64,000 nucleotides of DNA from an uncultured Poribacteria bacterium (GCA_951813545.1 OX638352.1:4736835-4800834), one strand, 5' to 3'; positions 1-10,451 are shown, numbered from the stretch's first letter. Numbers and translations are program-made. Notes: generated by a model from the sequence alone, not told the origin.

Positions 1-22
1 CCACCGGTGTTTCATAATTGTA

Positions 23-51
23 ATTGTAATACATTTTTAACACCTTGTCAA
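23..51 (-). promoter_or_regulatory. sigma70-type promoter TTGACA-17-TACAAT pointing out of the window; an ATG at 15 suggests a possibly leaderless gene running off the edge
   Basis: Reverse complement of 23-51 reads TTGACA aggtgttaaaaatgtat TACAAT. Confidence 0.6.
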
Positions 52-101
52 GAAAATAGACGAGATTTCCAACCGCACCGAGAACTGGAAGATTCTCCTC
101 C

Positions 102-836
102 TCAATACTGCCAATCTTCATGTGCCAAGGGGGCGCGATTGAGTTCATCGCGATAGGCGCGCCATTGTGGTAGAAACCCGTCCATCAGTGCATGAAACCG
201 ATCGTTATGCCTACGCTCCAGGAGATGCACCATCTCATGCACCAAGATATACACCAGACATAATTCCGGCTTCTTTGCGAGTTCGAGATTGAGCCAGATA
301 CGTTTTGCTTCAATATTGCAAGACCCCCAGAGCGTTTTCATCTTCTTAATCCGTACTTCATTGACCGATACGCCTATTTTCGCCTCCCATTTCTCAAGGA
401 GCGGTGGTAGCTGCGCCCGGAGATGCTGGCGATACCAGCGATGCATCACCGCCTCCCGTGTGTCCCGATCGGAGCTGGGACGGACACTGAGCGCGATCTT
501 TGTGTTGTTGGGTAGCCAGACCTTCGGTGGAACGTCGCGTTCTATGACATCGAGTCGGTAGCGTCGTCCTGAAAGATAGTGGCTCTCGCCTGTTACGAAC
601 TCACGTTGCGATTGCCGATCCTGCTTTGTGAAGTTTGCCTGTTGCCGTTGGATCCAGCCGAGCCGTGAAATGACTGCCATCCGAACGGCGGTGTCGTCAA
701 ATGCTAAAGGTGCTGCTACCCGTACCCGACCGCTCGGTGGATAGACCCCGATGTGTAGGTTCTTGATGTCCTTGCGGATGACCTCTACGGTGATCCCGCG
801 GATGTTGATGTGGGACCTGTCGGTTTTAGTAGTCAT
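102..836 (-). CDS. M48/YgjP (DUF45) family zinc metallopeptidase-like protein associated with type I R-M
   Basis: WGSCN and HEMVH (HExxH) motifs; overlaps the hsdR stop. Confidence 0.9.
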   Translation of the reverse strand: MTTKTDRSHINIRGITVEVIRKDIKNLHIGVYPPSGRVRVAAPLAFDDTAVRMAVISRLGWIQRQQANFTKQDRQSQREFVTGESHYLSGRRYRLDVIERDVPPKVWLPNNTKIALSVRPSSDRDTREAVMHRWYRQHLRAQLPPLLEKWEAKIGVSVNEVRIKKMKTLWGSCNIEAKRIWLNLELAKKPELCLVYILVHEMVHLLERRHNDRFHALMDGFLPQWRAYRDELNRAPLAHEDWQY

Positions 837-3800
837 TCTGATTCATCACAAGCTGAAAGATGGCATTGATGTTAAGGTCATCGTAATCACTGAATTCTTC
901 ATCAATCAACCTCGCAATGGCATTACGGACCTCGCGTCGCCTGAACCTGTTGTTTCTCCAGTCGGCTCTTCTCGTTCTGCGGACGGTGTCATCAATTGCA
1001 CGTGCTACCGTCTCTCTACTATCTTCGGGGAGTGTGTCTAAGTTGTCGAAGAGTGCGCGTAATGCGTCTGTATTGATATTGGAGGGGTACCGCTCTTGGT
1101 TTTCTGGCTCGGTGAGCTGCCAGCTGAGTCCTTCGATTTCGGAGAGGTATGCGCGATAATCCAGTCTCTCGTCTCGTCGTCTGCGGATAATGTCATCCAA
1201 CAGACGTGAGATGTGTTCGTAATACCTCGGATTGACCTCAGACCTGTCGACGATGAGCCTACGGATATTGTTTTCTATAGTTGCGGCTGTCGCTGCTTCA
1301 TTGCTGCGAATGCCTTCAGGGAGCAGATCCATCGCTTCAGGACCGTTTTCAACGATCAGTTGGATTAAGGGCGTATCGCCGAGTGTTGAGAGGGTTTCGC
1401 TCTCCTCAGCGCGGATGTATGTATCGATGAGATGCCGCATATCGGGTTCGTATGCCTTCAGGTCGACGTAATCGCCGCTGGCGAGTTTGATCTCTTGGCT
1501 GACGTTTTGGTAGTGCCTGACCTCTTCTTTGATTTCCTGTGCCTCGGCATCGCTATAACCTGCTTCGTTCATTTCGTTGGCGAGGTTGGCGTAAGCCCGC
1601 ACGAATGCGGCTGTGAATTTGTAGAGATTGACGCGTTTCTGCTCGCTGGCTTTGAGTTGTTCGAGATTCCCGTCTTCTCGCGCACAGAAGAAACGGATGT
1701 AAGCGGCGGAATCGCGCGGTGGCTCAACGGGTTCGCACAACGCTTTAACCTTCTCGCGTGTCTCCTCTAAGCGTTCTCTCCCTTTTTCGAGTCTATCCTT
1801 CAACAATCCTTGGACATCCTCGGCATCGAAGTTTTCAAAGGCTTCACCCGTATAGTCGGTAATCGCTTGCTCCAGGGACCGGAAGAGATCTTGATAATCG
1901 ACGATGTAGCCAAATTCCTTGTCCTCCGTGTCGAGGCGATTGACGCGGCAGATGGCTTGGAAAAGCCCGTGATCTTGCATGTGCTTGTCGATGTAGAGAT
2001 AGGTCGCCGGTGGCGCGTCGAAACCCGTGAGGAGCTTATCGACGACAATGAGGAGCTTCATTTCCGCTGGCTGGTTAATAAATTTGTCCTTGGCTTCCCT
2101 CTCAAACTGATCGACTCTATAAATCGCTGTGTTTTCAGGTTCGTCGAAGTAGTCGCCGAGCATCTGGCGGTAGACGTTATATTCTGTTTGTCTGTCGGTG
2201 AGTCCTTCCCCGGTTTCCTCTCTTGCGATGGATTCTGTAGTGGGTCTATAGGAGGTGATGATGGCGCATTTGCCTTTGAGGGGTGTTTCCTGAAAGAGTT
2301 GATAATACCGGCAGGCGGAAAAGATGCTATCGGCGACGAGCATGGCGTTGCCGTTTCCGCTTTTAAGTCTGTCGCGGTTCTCCATGTCAAGGACAATATC
2401 GGCGACGATTTTATCCAAGCGTTCGCGTGAGCTGAGCACATTCTGCATCGTGCTCCACCGCTGTCGGAGCTGTGCTCTTGCGGTGTCGGTGAGTCCCCTG
2501 GTCCTGCTCTCGAACCAGTCGTCGACCTGTTCCTGAGAGGCGAGATCTTGGTTAACGTCGCGTGCCTCGTAACGGAGGTCTAACACGACATCGTCTTCAA
2601 CGGCTTCGTTATACTTGTAGGTGTGGATGTAGGGACCGAAGGTTTCGATGCTGCGTTGCTTGTCGCCTTTCAACAACGGTGTACCTGTGAAACCGATCAG
2701 CATGGCATCAGGGATCAGTTTCTTCATCGCTCTGTGGAGTTTGCCGGATTGGGTGCGGTGGCATTCGTCGACAAAGACGAAAAAATCTCCCCTCGCTTGG
2801 AAGCCGTCGGGTAGATGTTGCTGGATGTCGTCAACGTAGTCGTCATAGCCGTCAATATCGGCATCTTCGTCTGTTATCTCACCTGATCTGCCGAATTTGT
2901 GGACGAGTGAACAGATTAATCGCTCGGCGGTATTCGTGAGGACTTGCAGGAGATGCGCGCCGCTCTGTGTGCGCGTGATGTTTTCGTTGGCACCACTGAA
3001 AACCCCCTCAATTTGTTCGTCGAGTTCGGTGCGGTCAGTGATGATGAGCACGCGTGCACGCGGGTTGGTTTCGAGGATCGATTTTGCGAGCCAGACCATC
3101 GTGAGACTTTTCCCACTGCCCTGGGTGTGCCAGATGATGCCGCCTTCCCTGCGGTCTACGCGTTCTTGCGCTGCTTTCACACCGAAGAATTGGTTGTGTC
3201 GGCAGATTTTCTTGACGTGTCCGTCGAAGACGATGAAGTTGTGTAAGAGATCGAGCATCCGCGCCTTATCGCAGACTTGACTGAGTTCTCGGAGCAGGAA
3301 GCTATCGCCTGCATCGGGGTGGGCATTCGCTTCTTTCCAGCGCAACCAGTGTTTCTCTGGCGTTTTGATGACGCCGTAGTGTAGTCCTTGGCTTTCGCTG
3401 CCCGCCATGACGAGTTGCACGGTGGCGAAAAACCATTCGATGAAGTCTTTGTCTTGGTTGGTAAGGTTCTGGCGGATGCCTGTGGAAACGGAGGTCGTGG
3501 AACGTTTTAGTTCAAGGACGCCGACGGCGATTCCGTTGATGTAGAGGACTAAATCGGGGCGTTTGTTGCCGTACTCGCCTTCGAGGGTCACCTCTTCGGC
3601 GATACTAAAATCGTTATTTTCCGGATTTTTCCAGTCGATCAACTTGACGGTGACCCGGTGTTCACCGGTGCTCGGTTGGACGTTGACACCGTAGCGTAGG
3701 AGTCTGTAGACCTCTCGGTTTGCGTCAATGAGGGTCTTGGTGCCACCGATTGCGGCGGCTTTTTGGAGTGCCTCCACTGCCTTTCTGATGACCTGATCGT

Positions 3801-3963
3801 CGCGCTCTCTGACCCGCAACCAATCGGCAAGCATACGGGTTTCAATGTTGCTATTTCCTTCTCGATCTTGCCAGCGTCCGAGGTAGAGATAGCCGAGTGT
3901 CTCACGGAAGAAGTTGATGACGCGTGCTTGTGTTTGTTTTTCTCTTTCGCCTACGGTGTTCAT
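826..3963 (-). CDS. hsdR: Type I restriction endonuclease subunit R (probable start MNTVGE at 3963)
   Basis: RPDLVLYINGIAVGVLELK nuclease motif, HTQGSGKS Walker A, DECH box, FTGTP, QAICRVNR; the ORF extension to 4158 runs through repeats. Confidence 0.95.
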   Translation of the reverse strand: MNTVGEREKQTQARVINFFRETLGYLYLGRWQDREGNSNIETRMLADWLRVRERDDQVIRKAVEALQKAAAIGGTKTLIDANREVYRLLRYGVNVQPSTGEHRVTVKLIDWKNPENNDFSIAEEVTLEGEYGNKRPDLVLYINGIAVGVLELKRSTTSVSTGIRQNLTNQDKDFIEWFFATVQLVMAGSESQGLHYGVIKTPEKHWLRWKEANAHPDAGDSFLLRELSQVCDKARMLDLLHNFIVFDGHVKKICRHNQFFGVKAAQERVDRREGGIIWHTQGSGKSLTMVWLAKSILETNPRARVLIITDRTELDEQIEGVFSGANENITRTQSGAHLLQVLTNTAERLICSLVHKFGRSGEITDEDADIDGYDDYVDDIQQHLPDGFQARGDFFVFVDECHRTQSGKLHRAMKKLIPDAMLIGFTGTPLLKGDKQRSIETFGPYIHTYKYNEAVEDDVVLDLRYEARDVNQDLASQEQVDDWFESRTRGLTDTARAQLRQRWSTMQNVLSSRERLDKIVADIVLDMENRDRLKSGNGNAMLVADSIFSACRYYQLFQETPLKGKCAIITSYRPTTESIAREETGEGLTDRQTEYNVYRQMLGDYFDEPENTAIYRVDQFEREAKDKFINQPAEMKLLIVVDKLLTGFDAPPATYLYIDKHMQDHGLFQAICRVNRLDTEDKEFGYIVDYQDLFRSLEQAITDYTGEAFENFDAEDVQGLLKDRLEKGRERLEETREKVKALCEPVEPPRDSAAYIRFFCAREDGNLEQLKASEQKRVNLYKFTAAFVRAYANLANEMNEAGYSDAEAQEIKEEVRHYQNVSQEIKLASGDYVDLKAYEPDMRHLIDTYIRAEESETLSTLGDTPLIQLIVENGPEAMDLLPEGIRSNEAATAATIENNIRRLIVDRSEVNPRYYEHISRLLDDIIRRRRDERLDYRAYLSEIEGLSWQLTEPENQERYPSNINTDALRALFDNLDTLPEDSRETVARAIDDTVRRTRRADWRNNRFRRREVRNAIARLIDEEFSDYDDLNINAIFQLVMNQNDY

Positions 3964-4174
3964 AGTAGATTTTACAATTAACATTACATCACTGCCCCTG
4001 ATAAGAGGGTAATCTTTGTACCGCAAACTTTCCAGTTCGCGCTCTAAGCCGGTCAATGTTTCTTTATGCCCTCCTGATAAGGGGGTTGGGGGGTTATCCT
4101 GATTCTGACAGAAAACGCGACACACACCAAACACCCTAATCCGCGTCATCAGCGTCAATCCGCGACTCAGACAA
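3962..4174. repeat. Cluster of short palindromic/REP-like elements between hsdS and hsdR
   Basis: ATAGTAGATTTTACAATTAA end at 3962 (like the MITE ends at 44346 and 59918), two CCCCTGATAAG(A/G)GGG hairpins, and TGTC(T/A)GA..GGAT units at 4094-4174. Confidence 0.6.
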
Positions 4175-5374
4175 CCGCACCCGCCCCGTGAGGAGCTGCT
4201 GCATCATTCCCTGTTTGATGGAAATGGTTTTGTCCCGACGCTGCTCCAACGCCGCAATCTCGGCATCCATATCGGAAAGAATGCGAACGATAGCGTTCTG
4301 TTCTTTGACGCTCGGCATAAGGAAAGTAAAGTTTGCCATGTCCCGTCCATATAAGTGATAGACAGTTGTTCCTGATACAAGTTGCATCACCTGACTATGA
4401 TTTATCTTGATTACGTATGCGAGGAATGTTCCATTGAGGACATCAGCTGGAACGCGAATCACTAAGATATCGCCTCCAAGGATGACATTGGACATTGATA
4501 TACAACTTGCTGTTGCAAGACCATTAGGAGTTACATCCGATCCTGGCATCAGGACATCATTGGAGAGAGAAAGAAAAAACGTTCCTTCTCGATCAGTTCC
4601 ATGTAGAACTTTGGTGATACATTCGTCATAAGTTGTGAATAATTCTCCATAGTGGATACATCGCCTTTTCCCGTCAGGTGATAGGTCCGCTTTCGATAGA
4701 CCTGAGCCTTTAAAAAAAGATGAAATCTCGCCCAATCGCTTCACCTCCCACGCCCCGCTGAACCTAGGCAGGCGCGTCTGACCCGTCAGCAGTTGCTGCA
4801 TGGTGGCTTGCTTGATTGCCTGCTTCTTAGCGATGAGTGCGTCCAAGGCGTTGAGCAACCCATCCACATCCGACAATGCCTCGGCGATGGCGTGTTGTTC
4901 TGAAAGAGGAGGAAGAGGAATCTCAATATTCAGTAGGGTTCCCTTTGTAATTTCCTTAAATGTACTACCACTTGCAAGATCATTTAACTTCTCTTTTATA
5001 TATCTCAAATAGTAGGCGAGAAAGACATTTAATAGCGTCTCATGGCAAATAAAGTTAGCAAACCCTTGATTTGTCGCTATTGGAACGGTAGCGATTGCAG
5101 TTTCGCCAATTGTTGCTCGGCTAGTTAATAAAACTGTTCCCGCTGGTAGTAGTTTTGCAGCACTTTTACCTAATGCTTCTTCTGAAATATGTGTTGCTGT
5201 GTCATCAATGTACAAGGCGGAATCCAAAGCGGTAATGTCAGAAGGGATTGCCCAAGGAATATTGCCTCGAAAATATTTCACCACATCACGCTTTGGTGTT
5301 CCGCCTTTGGCAATCTCTGTTACCTCTCCTAATCTTACTACTTTCCAATGATCCTGTTTTGATTTTGCGCTCAT
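4136..5374 (-). CDS. hsdS: Type I R-M specificity subunit with two TRDs
   Basis: TRD-LPPLSEQHAIA..KQATMQQLLTG-TRD-PSVKEQNAI..KQGMMQQLLTG architecture. Confidence 0.95.
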   Translation of the reverse strand: MSAKSKQDHWKVVRLGEVTEIAKGGTPKRDVVKYFRGNIPWAIPSDITALDSALYIDDTATHISEEALGKSAAKLLPAGTVLLTSRATIGETAIATVPIATNQGFANFICHETLLNVFLAYYLRYIKEKLNDLASGSTFKEITKGTLLNIEIPLPPLSEQHAIAEALSDVDGLLNALDALIAKKQAIKQATMQQLLTGQTRLPRFSGAWEVKRLGEISSFFKGSGLSKADLSPDGKRRCIHYGELFTTYDECITKVLHGTDREGTFFLSLSNDVLMPGSDVTPNGLATASCISMSNVILGGDILVIRVPADVLNGTFLAYVIKINHSQVMQLVSGTTVYHLYGRDMANFTFLMPSVKEQNAIVRILSDMDAEIAALEQRRDKTISIKQGMMQQLLTGRVRLSESRIDADDAD

Positions 5375-5429
5375 TAGAGTTCTTCTCCATTGGACTTTAT
5401 GGAAATATGAAAGCGGTAAATTCTTACAC

Positions 5430-7877
5430 TTAGATAGCCCCTATCTTTCTTATATGTTCCAGAACTTTCATGCTATATCCATCCACCTCACGCGACAACG
5501 CTGGCAATGGACTCGCGTAACGCTCCTCTAGTTCTTGGACACGCCCCGTCAGTTCCTGCGTCCCGCGTTGGACTTCACCCTCAATTGCCGATCCGATACT
5601 GGCGAGCCACTTATTCCCAACCACAAGTGTCTTGACTTCGTCCTCAGTAAGCGTCGCATAGCGAGCCAACACCTGTGTATCCAACGCGAGTTGGGCATCT
5701 TTGACTGCCTTGTCCGCTTTCGACTTCATCTCAAGCAGGGATAGGCAGTGTTCAAGGGCATCCTGTTCATCGTCGTTGTCTTGTGTCTCATGTAGCGTTG
5801 TGAGTGCCTTGAGTCGTGCTTTCACACTGCTGGCGGTAATGTTGCCGCTGTCGTTGGTAGCATCGGCGAGCAATCCGTTCTCGCTGGCGTGTTCCTCGAT
5901 GTATTCCTCTAAGGTTTGCACGGCAACTGCCTGTTTCGCTTGCAAGGCTTCAATCGCACCCTGCGCATCTACGAAATAGCGCGCGACGATCAACACCGGT
6001 GGAATCAGATCCATCTTGTATTTGCTTTTTTTGATAACGAGGTCGGGTGTCTCCTTCATCTGCCTATCCTGGATAACCTCACGCGGTTTTGCGGCTTCCA
6101 CCCATCCATCCGTGCCGATGAGATAAACATCGTCCTGCATGACCTCGTCCCAGTAGTCCATGAGTTTCTGATAGACATCATACCGATCAAGTAGAAGCAG
6201 ATCTCTGAAACGGGTGAGGAGGTCTTCCGATAACGTCTCAACGATGTTTCTGGGAACCGTGCCGACATCAATACCGAGCAAGCGTGGTTCGTGTGCCTCG
6301 CGCCATTCGGTAAAGACGGCATCGACGTGATGCTGGTAAACCTTGAATTCGGGATGCGTGAGGATCGTCGTTTTGACATGCTGTGTCTCCACGAGCGGAT
6401 CGCTGTATCCCGGTCTACCGTTGGCTGTGAACAGAGCGTTACGGAGTGTCGGGAAGACCGTCCAATATTTGTCAAGTGCGTCGATATCGGTGTCAGGGAT
6501 GCCTCCGTTGAGGTGTGCGCCGAGGTCGTGGAGATCTTCGGGTTCGCTCGCATCGATATAGCGCGGGATATTGAGATTATAGTCGTTGGCAGGATCGTCA
6601 ATCTCAGAGATGGGTACCATGCGCGAGTAGCACTGCAGTTCTGCGTGCGCATTGAAAACCGATACAATTTTGTGAATATCTTGGGCGCGGAGACGGTTTT
6701 TGTTGCCATCCTTGAGGAACCCTTTGCTGGCGTCTATCATGAAGATACCACTGCGGATGTGAGCGTTCTCTTTGTCAATCACGATAATACAGGCAGGGAT
6801 ACCCGTGCCGTAGAAGAGATTTGCAGGTAGACCGATGATGCCCTTGATATAACGGCGACGGATCAGTTCCCTGCGGATGTCTGCCTCTTTGTTGCCACGG
6901 AAGAGCACACCGTGTGGCAGAATGATCGCGCCTTTGCCTCTGCTTTTCAGGGACGCAACGAAGTGGAGTAAGAAGGCGTAATCGCCATTTTTCGCTGGCG
7001 GGGTACCGTATTCAAAGCGGTCGTAGGTGTCGTTACCGGGATCAGAGTCGAATCCGTTGGTCCAGGCTTTATCGGAGAATGGCGGGTTGGCGACAGCGAA
7101 ATCGAAGGTTTGGAGCCTGTCATCGTCCGTGAAAGCGGGTGCGACAAGCGTGTTACCGTGCTTTATGTCCGCACCGGCGTTGTCATGGAGGATCATGTTC
7201 ATGGACGCCAGGGCGAAGGTGGCATTGTCCTTTTCCTGTCCGTAAATACTCAACCCGTCCGGTGCTTCGTCGTCGGTTCGCAGTAGGAGTGAACCCGAAC
7301 CGCACGTCGGGTCATAGATCGTTTTATCCCGCCGGGTATCGGGACCGATACCGATCACTTTCGCCATGACGCGCGAGACTTCCGCGGGCGTGTAAAATTG
7401 TCCTTTGCTTTTGCCGGATTCAGTGGCGAAGTGGCGCATGAGGTATTCGTAAGCGTCACCTAAGAGGTCGTCGCCTTCCACTCGGTTGGCTCGGAAATCG
7501 AGGCTCTCAAAGATGGCGACCAGTTTCGAGAGCCGATCCTGCATTTCTTTGCCTCTGCCGAGTTTGCTGTCGTCGTTGAAATCAGCCTGATCGATGATGC
7601 CTTTGAGATCATTATTTTCTTCCGCGAGTCTCCCGATGATCTTGTTGATTTTGTCGCCGATCTCCTTGTCGCCGAGGCATGCAACCATATCCGCGAATCC
7701 GCCGCCTTCCGGAACAACGATTTCTGTGTAGTGATTATTGTCGGCTTTGTCGGAGACGTATTTCATGAAAAGGAGCGTTAGGATGTAGTCTTTGTATTGC
7801 GAGGCATCCATCCCGCCGCGGAGTTCGTCGCAGCTTTGCCACAGCGAAGCGTAAAGTTGCGATTTCTTTATTGCCAT
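5430..7877 (-). CDS. hsdM: Type I R-M methyltransferase subunit M
   Basis: GQFYTP, YDPTCGSGSLL SAM-binding motif, NPPF catalytic motif. Confidence 0.96.
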   Translation of the reverse strand: MAIKKSQLYASLWQSCDELRGGMDASQYKDYILTLLFMKYVSDKADNNHYTEIVVPEGGGFADMVACLGDKEIGDKINKIIGRLAEENNDLKGIIDQADFNDDSKLGRGKEMQDRLSKLVAIFESLDFRANRVEGDDLLGDAYEYLMRHFATESGKSKGQFYTPAEVSRVMAKVIGIGPDTRRDKTIYDPTCGSGSLLLRTDDEAPDGLSIYGQEKDNATFALASMNMILHDNAGADIKHGNTLVAPAFTDDDRLQTFDFAVANPPFSDKAWTNGFDSDPGNDTYDRFEYGTPPAKNGDYAFLLHFVASLKSRGKGAIILPHGVLFRGNKEADIRRELIRRRYIKGIIGLPANLFYGTGIPACIIVIDKENAHIRSGIFMIDASKGFLKDGNKNRLRAQDIHKIVSVFNAHAELQCYSRMVPISEIDDPANDYNLNIPRYIDASEPEDLHDLGAHLNGGIPDTDIDALDKYWTVFPTLRNALFTANGRPGYSDPLVETQHVKTTILTHPEFKVYQHHVDAVFTEWREAHEPRLLGIDVGTVPRNIVETLSEDLLTRFRDLLLLDRYDVYQKLMDYWDEVMQDDVYLIGTDGWVEAAKPREVIQDRQMKETPDLVIKKSKYKMDLIPPVLIVARYFVDAQGAIEALQAKQAVAVQTLEEYIEEHASENGLLADATNDSGNITASSVKARLKALTTLHETQDNDDEQDALEHCLSLLEMKSKADKAVKDAQLALDTQVLARYATLTEDEVKTLVVGNKWLASIGSAIEGEVQRGTQELTGRVQELEERYASPLPALSREVDGYSMKVLEHIRKIGAI

Positions 7878-7907
7878 ACCTGAATCCTTTCTTGTGATAT
7901 TGACAGC

Positions 7908-7936
7908 AATATACCAAAGGCGGCCGATTAAGTCAA
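7908..7936 (-). promoter_or_regulatory. sigma70-type promoter of the hsd operon (TTGACT-17-TATATT, extended -10)
   Basis: Reverse complement of 7908-7936, about 30 bp upstream of hsdM. Confidence 0.65.
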
Positions 7937-8063
7937 CAGGTTCCTGCTTTATACCGGAGCCGTTCAGTTTTTAGTTTTTTGTCGGTTATACGGGGAACTA
8001 AGTTGAAATCGGAGTGTTTTGCTTGGGTGTTTCTGCGGATTTCCGCCCCTCTTACAGAACGCG

Positions 8064-8176
8064 GAGGGCGAGGTTCCAAACCTCGTCAGCGGCAAGCAAG
8101 TGCCGAGATGAGAAAGAAATAGGGCGGGCACGGAACCCGCCCCTACAATAGATATAGATTTTCCTGAATCTACCAA
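8064..8176. repeat. REP-like hairpins (GGCGAGGTTCCAAACCTCGTC; GTAGGGGCGGGTTCCGTGCCCGCCC) with a MITE-like end overlapping the kamA-like stop
   Basis: GC-rich palindromes, one preceded by GTAG on the minus strand; terminal TGGTAGATT matches 59920. Confidence 0.6.
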
Positions 8177-9225
8177 TCCTCATCAAAGAACGGTGTGCTT
8201 GGGTAACTGTAGACGTTGCCCTCGTAATTGCGGAGTTGAATTTCATCATCGTCGAAGGTGACAACTGGATCGGGGATCAGTGCGATTTTTCCACCACCAC
8301 CGGGAGCATCGACGACATAATGCGGCACACCAAGCCCAGATATGTGTCCACGCAACGCTTCGACAATGTCTAATCCCGTCTTTACTGCTGTTCGGAAATG
8401 GTCGGTTCCTACGACGAGATCTGCTTGATAGATGTAGTAGGGCTTAACCCGGATTCGTAACAACCCTTTCATTAGTTCCACCATTACAGCGGGATCGTCG
8501 TTCACACCTTTCAGGAGGACGGTCTGATTACCGAGCGGTATGCCTGCATCGGCTAACATGCCACATGCCTTTTCAGTCTCAGGTGTGATTTCGCGTGGAT
8601 GGTTGAAGTGGGTGTTGATGTAAAAAGGGTGGTTCCGTTTCAAAATTGCACACAACTCTGGGGTAATGCGTTGGGGCAACGTTACTGGGACGCGTGAACC
8701 GATTCGGATGATTTCTAAATGTTCAATTGCCCGTAATCCGCCGACAATCATCTCGATTTTTTTATCCGTTAGCATGAGCGGATCGCCACCTGAGATAATG
8801 ACATCACGGATCTCTGAATGTGCTTGGATGTAGGCAAGCCCTCTCTCAATGTTATTTTCAGAGATCGAATGCGGGTCGCCAACTTTCCGTTTGCGGGTAC
8901 AGAAGCGACAATAGATTGGGCACATATAGTTGACATAAAAGAGTGCCCGATCTGGGTATCGGTGCGTAACGTTTGGTACTTCGCTATCGTCTTCTTCGTG
9001 GAGTGGGTCCTCTACACCGGTGCTAATCAACTCTTTTGGGTCGGGAACGACCTGTTTCCAAATCGCGTCGCCCGGTTTTTCTATGAGACTAAGATAATAC
9101 GGGTTGATGCGGATCGGAAATTCTTTATGAATGCGCCGCATCTCTTCTAAGTCAACATCAAATGCAGCGGCAAGTTTTTCTGGCGTGTTGACAGTATCTC
9201 TAACAAGACGTTTCCATTCTTCCAT
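8170..9225 (-). CDS. KamA/EpmB family radical SAM aminomutase (lysine 2,3-aminomutase-like)
   Basis: HRYPDR, CPIYCRFC (CxxxCxxC), SGGDPL, DAPGGGGK PLP lysine. Confidence 0.92.
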   Translation of the reverse strand: MEEWKRLVRDTVNTPEKLAAAFDVDLEEMRRIHKEFPIRINPYYLSLIEKPGDAIWKQVVPDPKELISTGVEDPLHEEDDSEVPNVTHRYPDRALFYVNYMCPIYCRFCTRKRKVGDPHSISENNIERGLAYIQAHSEIRDVIISGGDPLMLTDKKIEMIVGGLRAIEHLEIIRIGSRVPVTLPQRITPELCAILKRNHPFYINTHFNHPREITPETEKACGMLADAGIPLGNQTVLLKGVNDDPAVMVELMKGLLRIRVKPYYIYQADLVVGTDHFRTAVKTGLDIVEALRGHISGLGVPHYVVDAPGGGGKIALIPDPVVTFDDDEIQLRNYEGNVYSYPSTPFFDEDW

Positions 9226-9318
9226 CGATTATGTCCATCCTTTCCAAATTTCCGCTGTTATGCTTGTTGCTCCGTAGGCGCGGTGCAACGTGAGAAACTC
9301 GTGAGCACTGCTTTGTTT

Positions 9319-9435
9319 TATAGTAAAGCCCATAATTATCTATCCATCAACCAAAGGGCGAGGATACAATCCTCGCCAGCGGTGGTGAGGGTTTTTTGTT
9401 TCCCAAATGTTAACTTATTTTCAGACTTTACTATA
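9319..9435. mobile_element. MITE/REPIN-like element, copy 1
   Basis: TATAGTAAAG terminal inverted repeats; the 34-bp core AAGGGCGAGGATACAATCCTCGCCAGCGGTGGTG is identical to the one at 44380. Confidence 0.75.
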
Positions 9436-9466
9436 AGACTGTGGTGCGCGGAATTGATGAGATGTG

Positions 9467-10000
9467 CTACGGTGCTTCCGTGTAGTTCTCAATTGTTACC
9501 TTGTTCATTACATCACGTTCGCGTAGGGCATCTACTACATCCATTCCTTCAATAACCTTTCCGAATGTGGTATAGCTGCCGTTAAGATGTGCGTAAGGGC
9601 TTGGATCTGAACTGATACAGATATAAAACTGGCTTCCAGCGGAGTCAGGGTTCTGTGTCCGTGCCATAGCGACGACACCTTTTTCATGAGCTGGCATCTT
9701 TTCACGAAGGTCGGGGTCTTGGAATTCTCCCGGAATTGTCCATCCCGGTCCGCCTCTACCTGTCCCTTGTGGGTCGCCCCCTTGAATAACAAAACCGGGG
9801 ACATGCCGGTGAAAAATCACGCCATCATAATATCCGGTTTGGATCAACTGCGCGAAGTTTGCCACTGTGGCTGGAGCGGCTTCCGGATAAAGTTCAATAA
9901 TAATGTTTCCTTTTTCGGTTTCAATCGTTACATTGGGTAATTGATCAGTATTGCATGAGACAATCGCCGCGAAACACGCGCCTAATAAGCTAAATCGCAT
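9467..10000 (-). CDS. Cyclophilin-type peptidyl-prolyl cis-trans isomerase, probable lipoprotein
   Basis: FHRHVPGFVIQGGDP, AMART, SAGSQFYI, YTTFGKVIEGMDVV; N-terminal hydrophobic stretch ending IVSC. Confidence 0.93.
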   Translation of the reverse strand: MRFSLLGACFAAIVSCNTDQLPNVTIETEKGNIIIELYPEAAPATVANFAQLIQTGYYDGVIFHRHVPGFVIQGGDPQGTGRGGPGWTIPGEFQDPDLREKMPAHEKGVVAMARTQNPDSAGSQFYICISSDPSPYAHLNGSYTTFGKVIEGMDVVDALRERDVMNKVTIENYTEAP

Positions 10001-10205
10001 AGATTTTGGTGTGAAAATTTGTGAATCTTCACGAATTCCTTTTTGGGTTTATCTTAATGTCACAAGGTTTACGCGAAATTAATTTTGTTCAGTAAATTCT
10101 CAACGTCAGCCTTATGTGGATTATATCAGAAATCTTCGAGGAGCGTCCTCATTCATACATAAATTCAGAAATGACGCTCTTAGCCAAGGCAAAAAGTTGA
10201 TATAC

Positions 10206-10234
10206 ATTATACACTTATTTGTGCGTGAAGTCAA
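10206..10234 (-). promoter_or_regulatory. sigma70-type promoter TTGACT-17-TATAAT about 200 nt upstream of the cyclophilin gene
   Basis: Near-consensus hexamers with 17-nt spacing. Confidence 0.65.
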
Positions 10235-10451
10235 GCAAAATTTTGAAGGCACTCTGTTTTCAGGTTTCTGTAAACCTCGCGTTTTTTGAAGAAAAGTAAA
10301 GCGATTAGCAATAATCATAACGAATTGAGTTGACATTATAAAATTCATTATATTGCCCAGGGAACCTGTATTCCAAAACAGGGTGTTTCTGACTCCGGGA
10401 GAATTCGCCTTGACGCTGCAAGTTTGGACATGGTACCCTATTAATTAGGAG

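Noticed and set aside
3964-4158. N-terminal extension of HsdR
   Set aside because: It runs through palindromic repeats and overlaps hsdS; HsdR-like sequence starts at MNTVGE.
4136-5374. Phase-variable hsdS shufflon
   Set aside because: There is a single hsdS with no silent TRD copies, inverted repeats or recombinase in the window.
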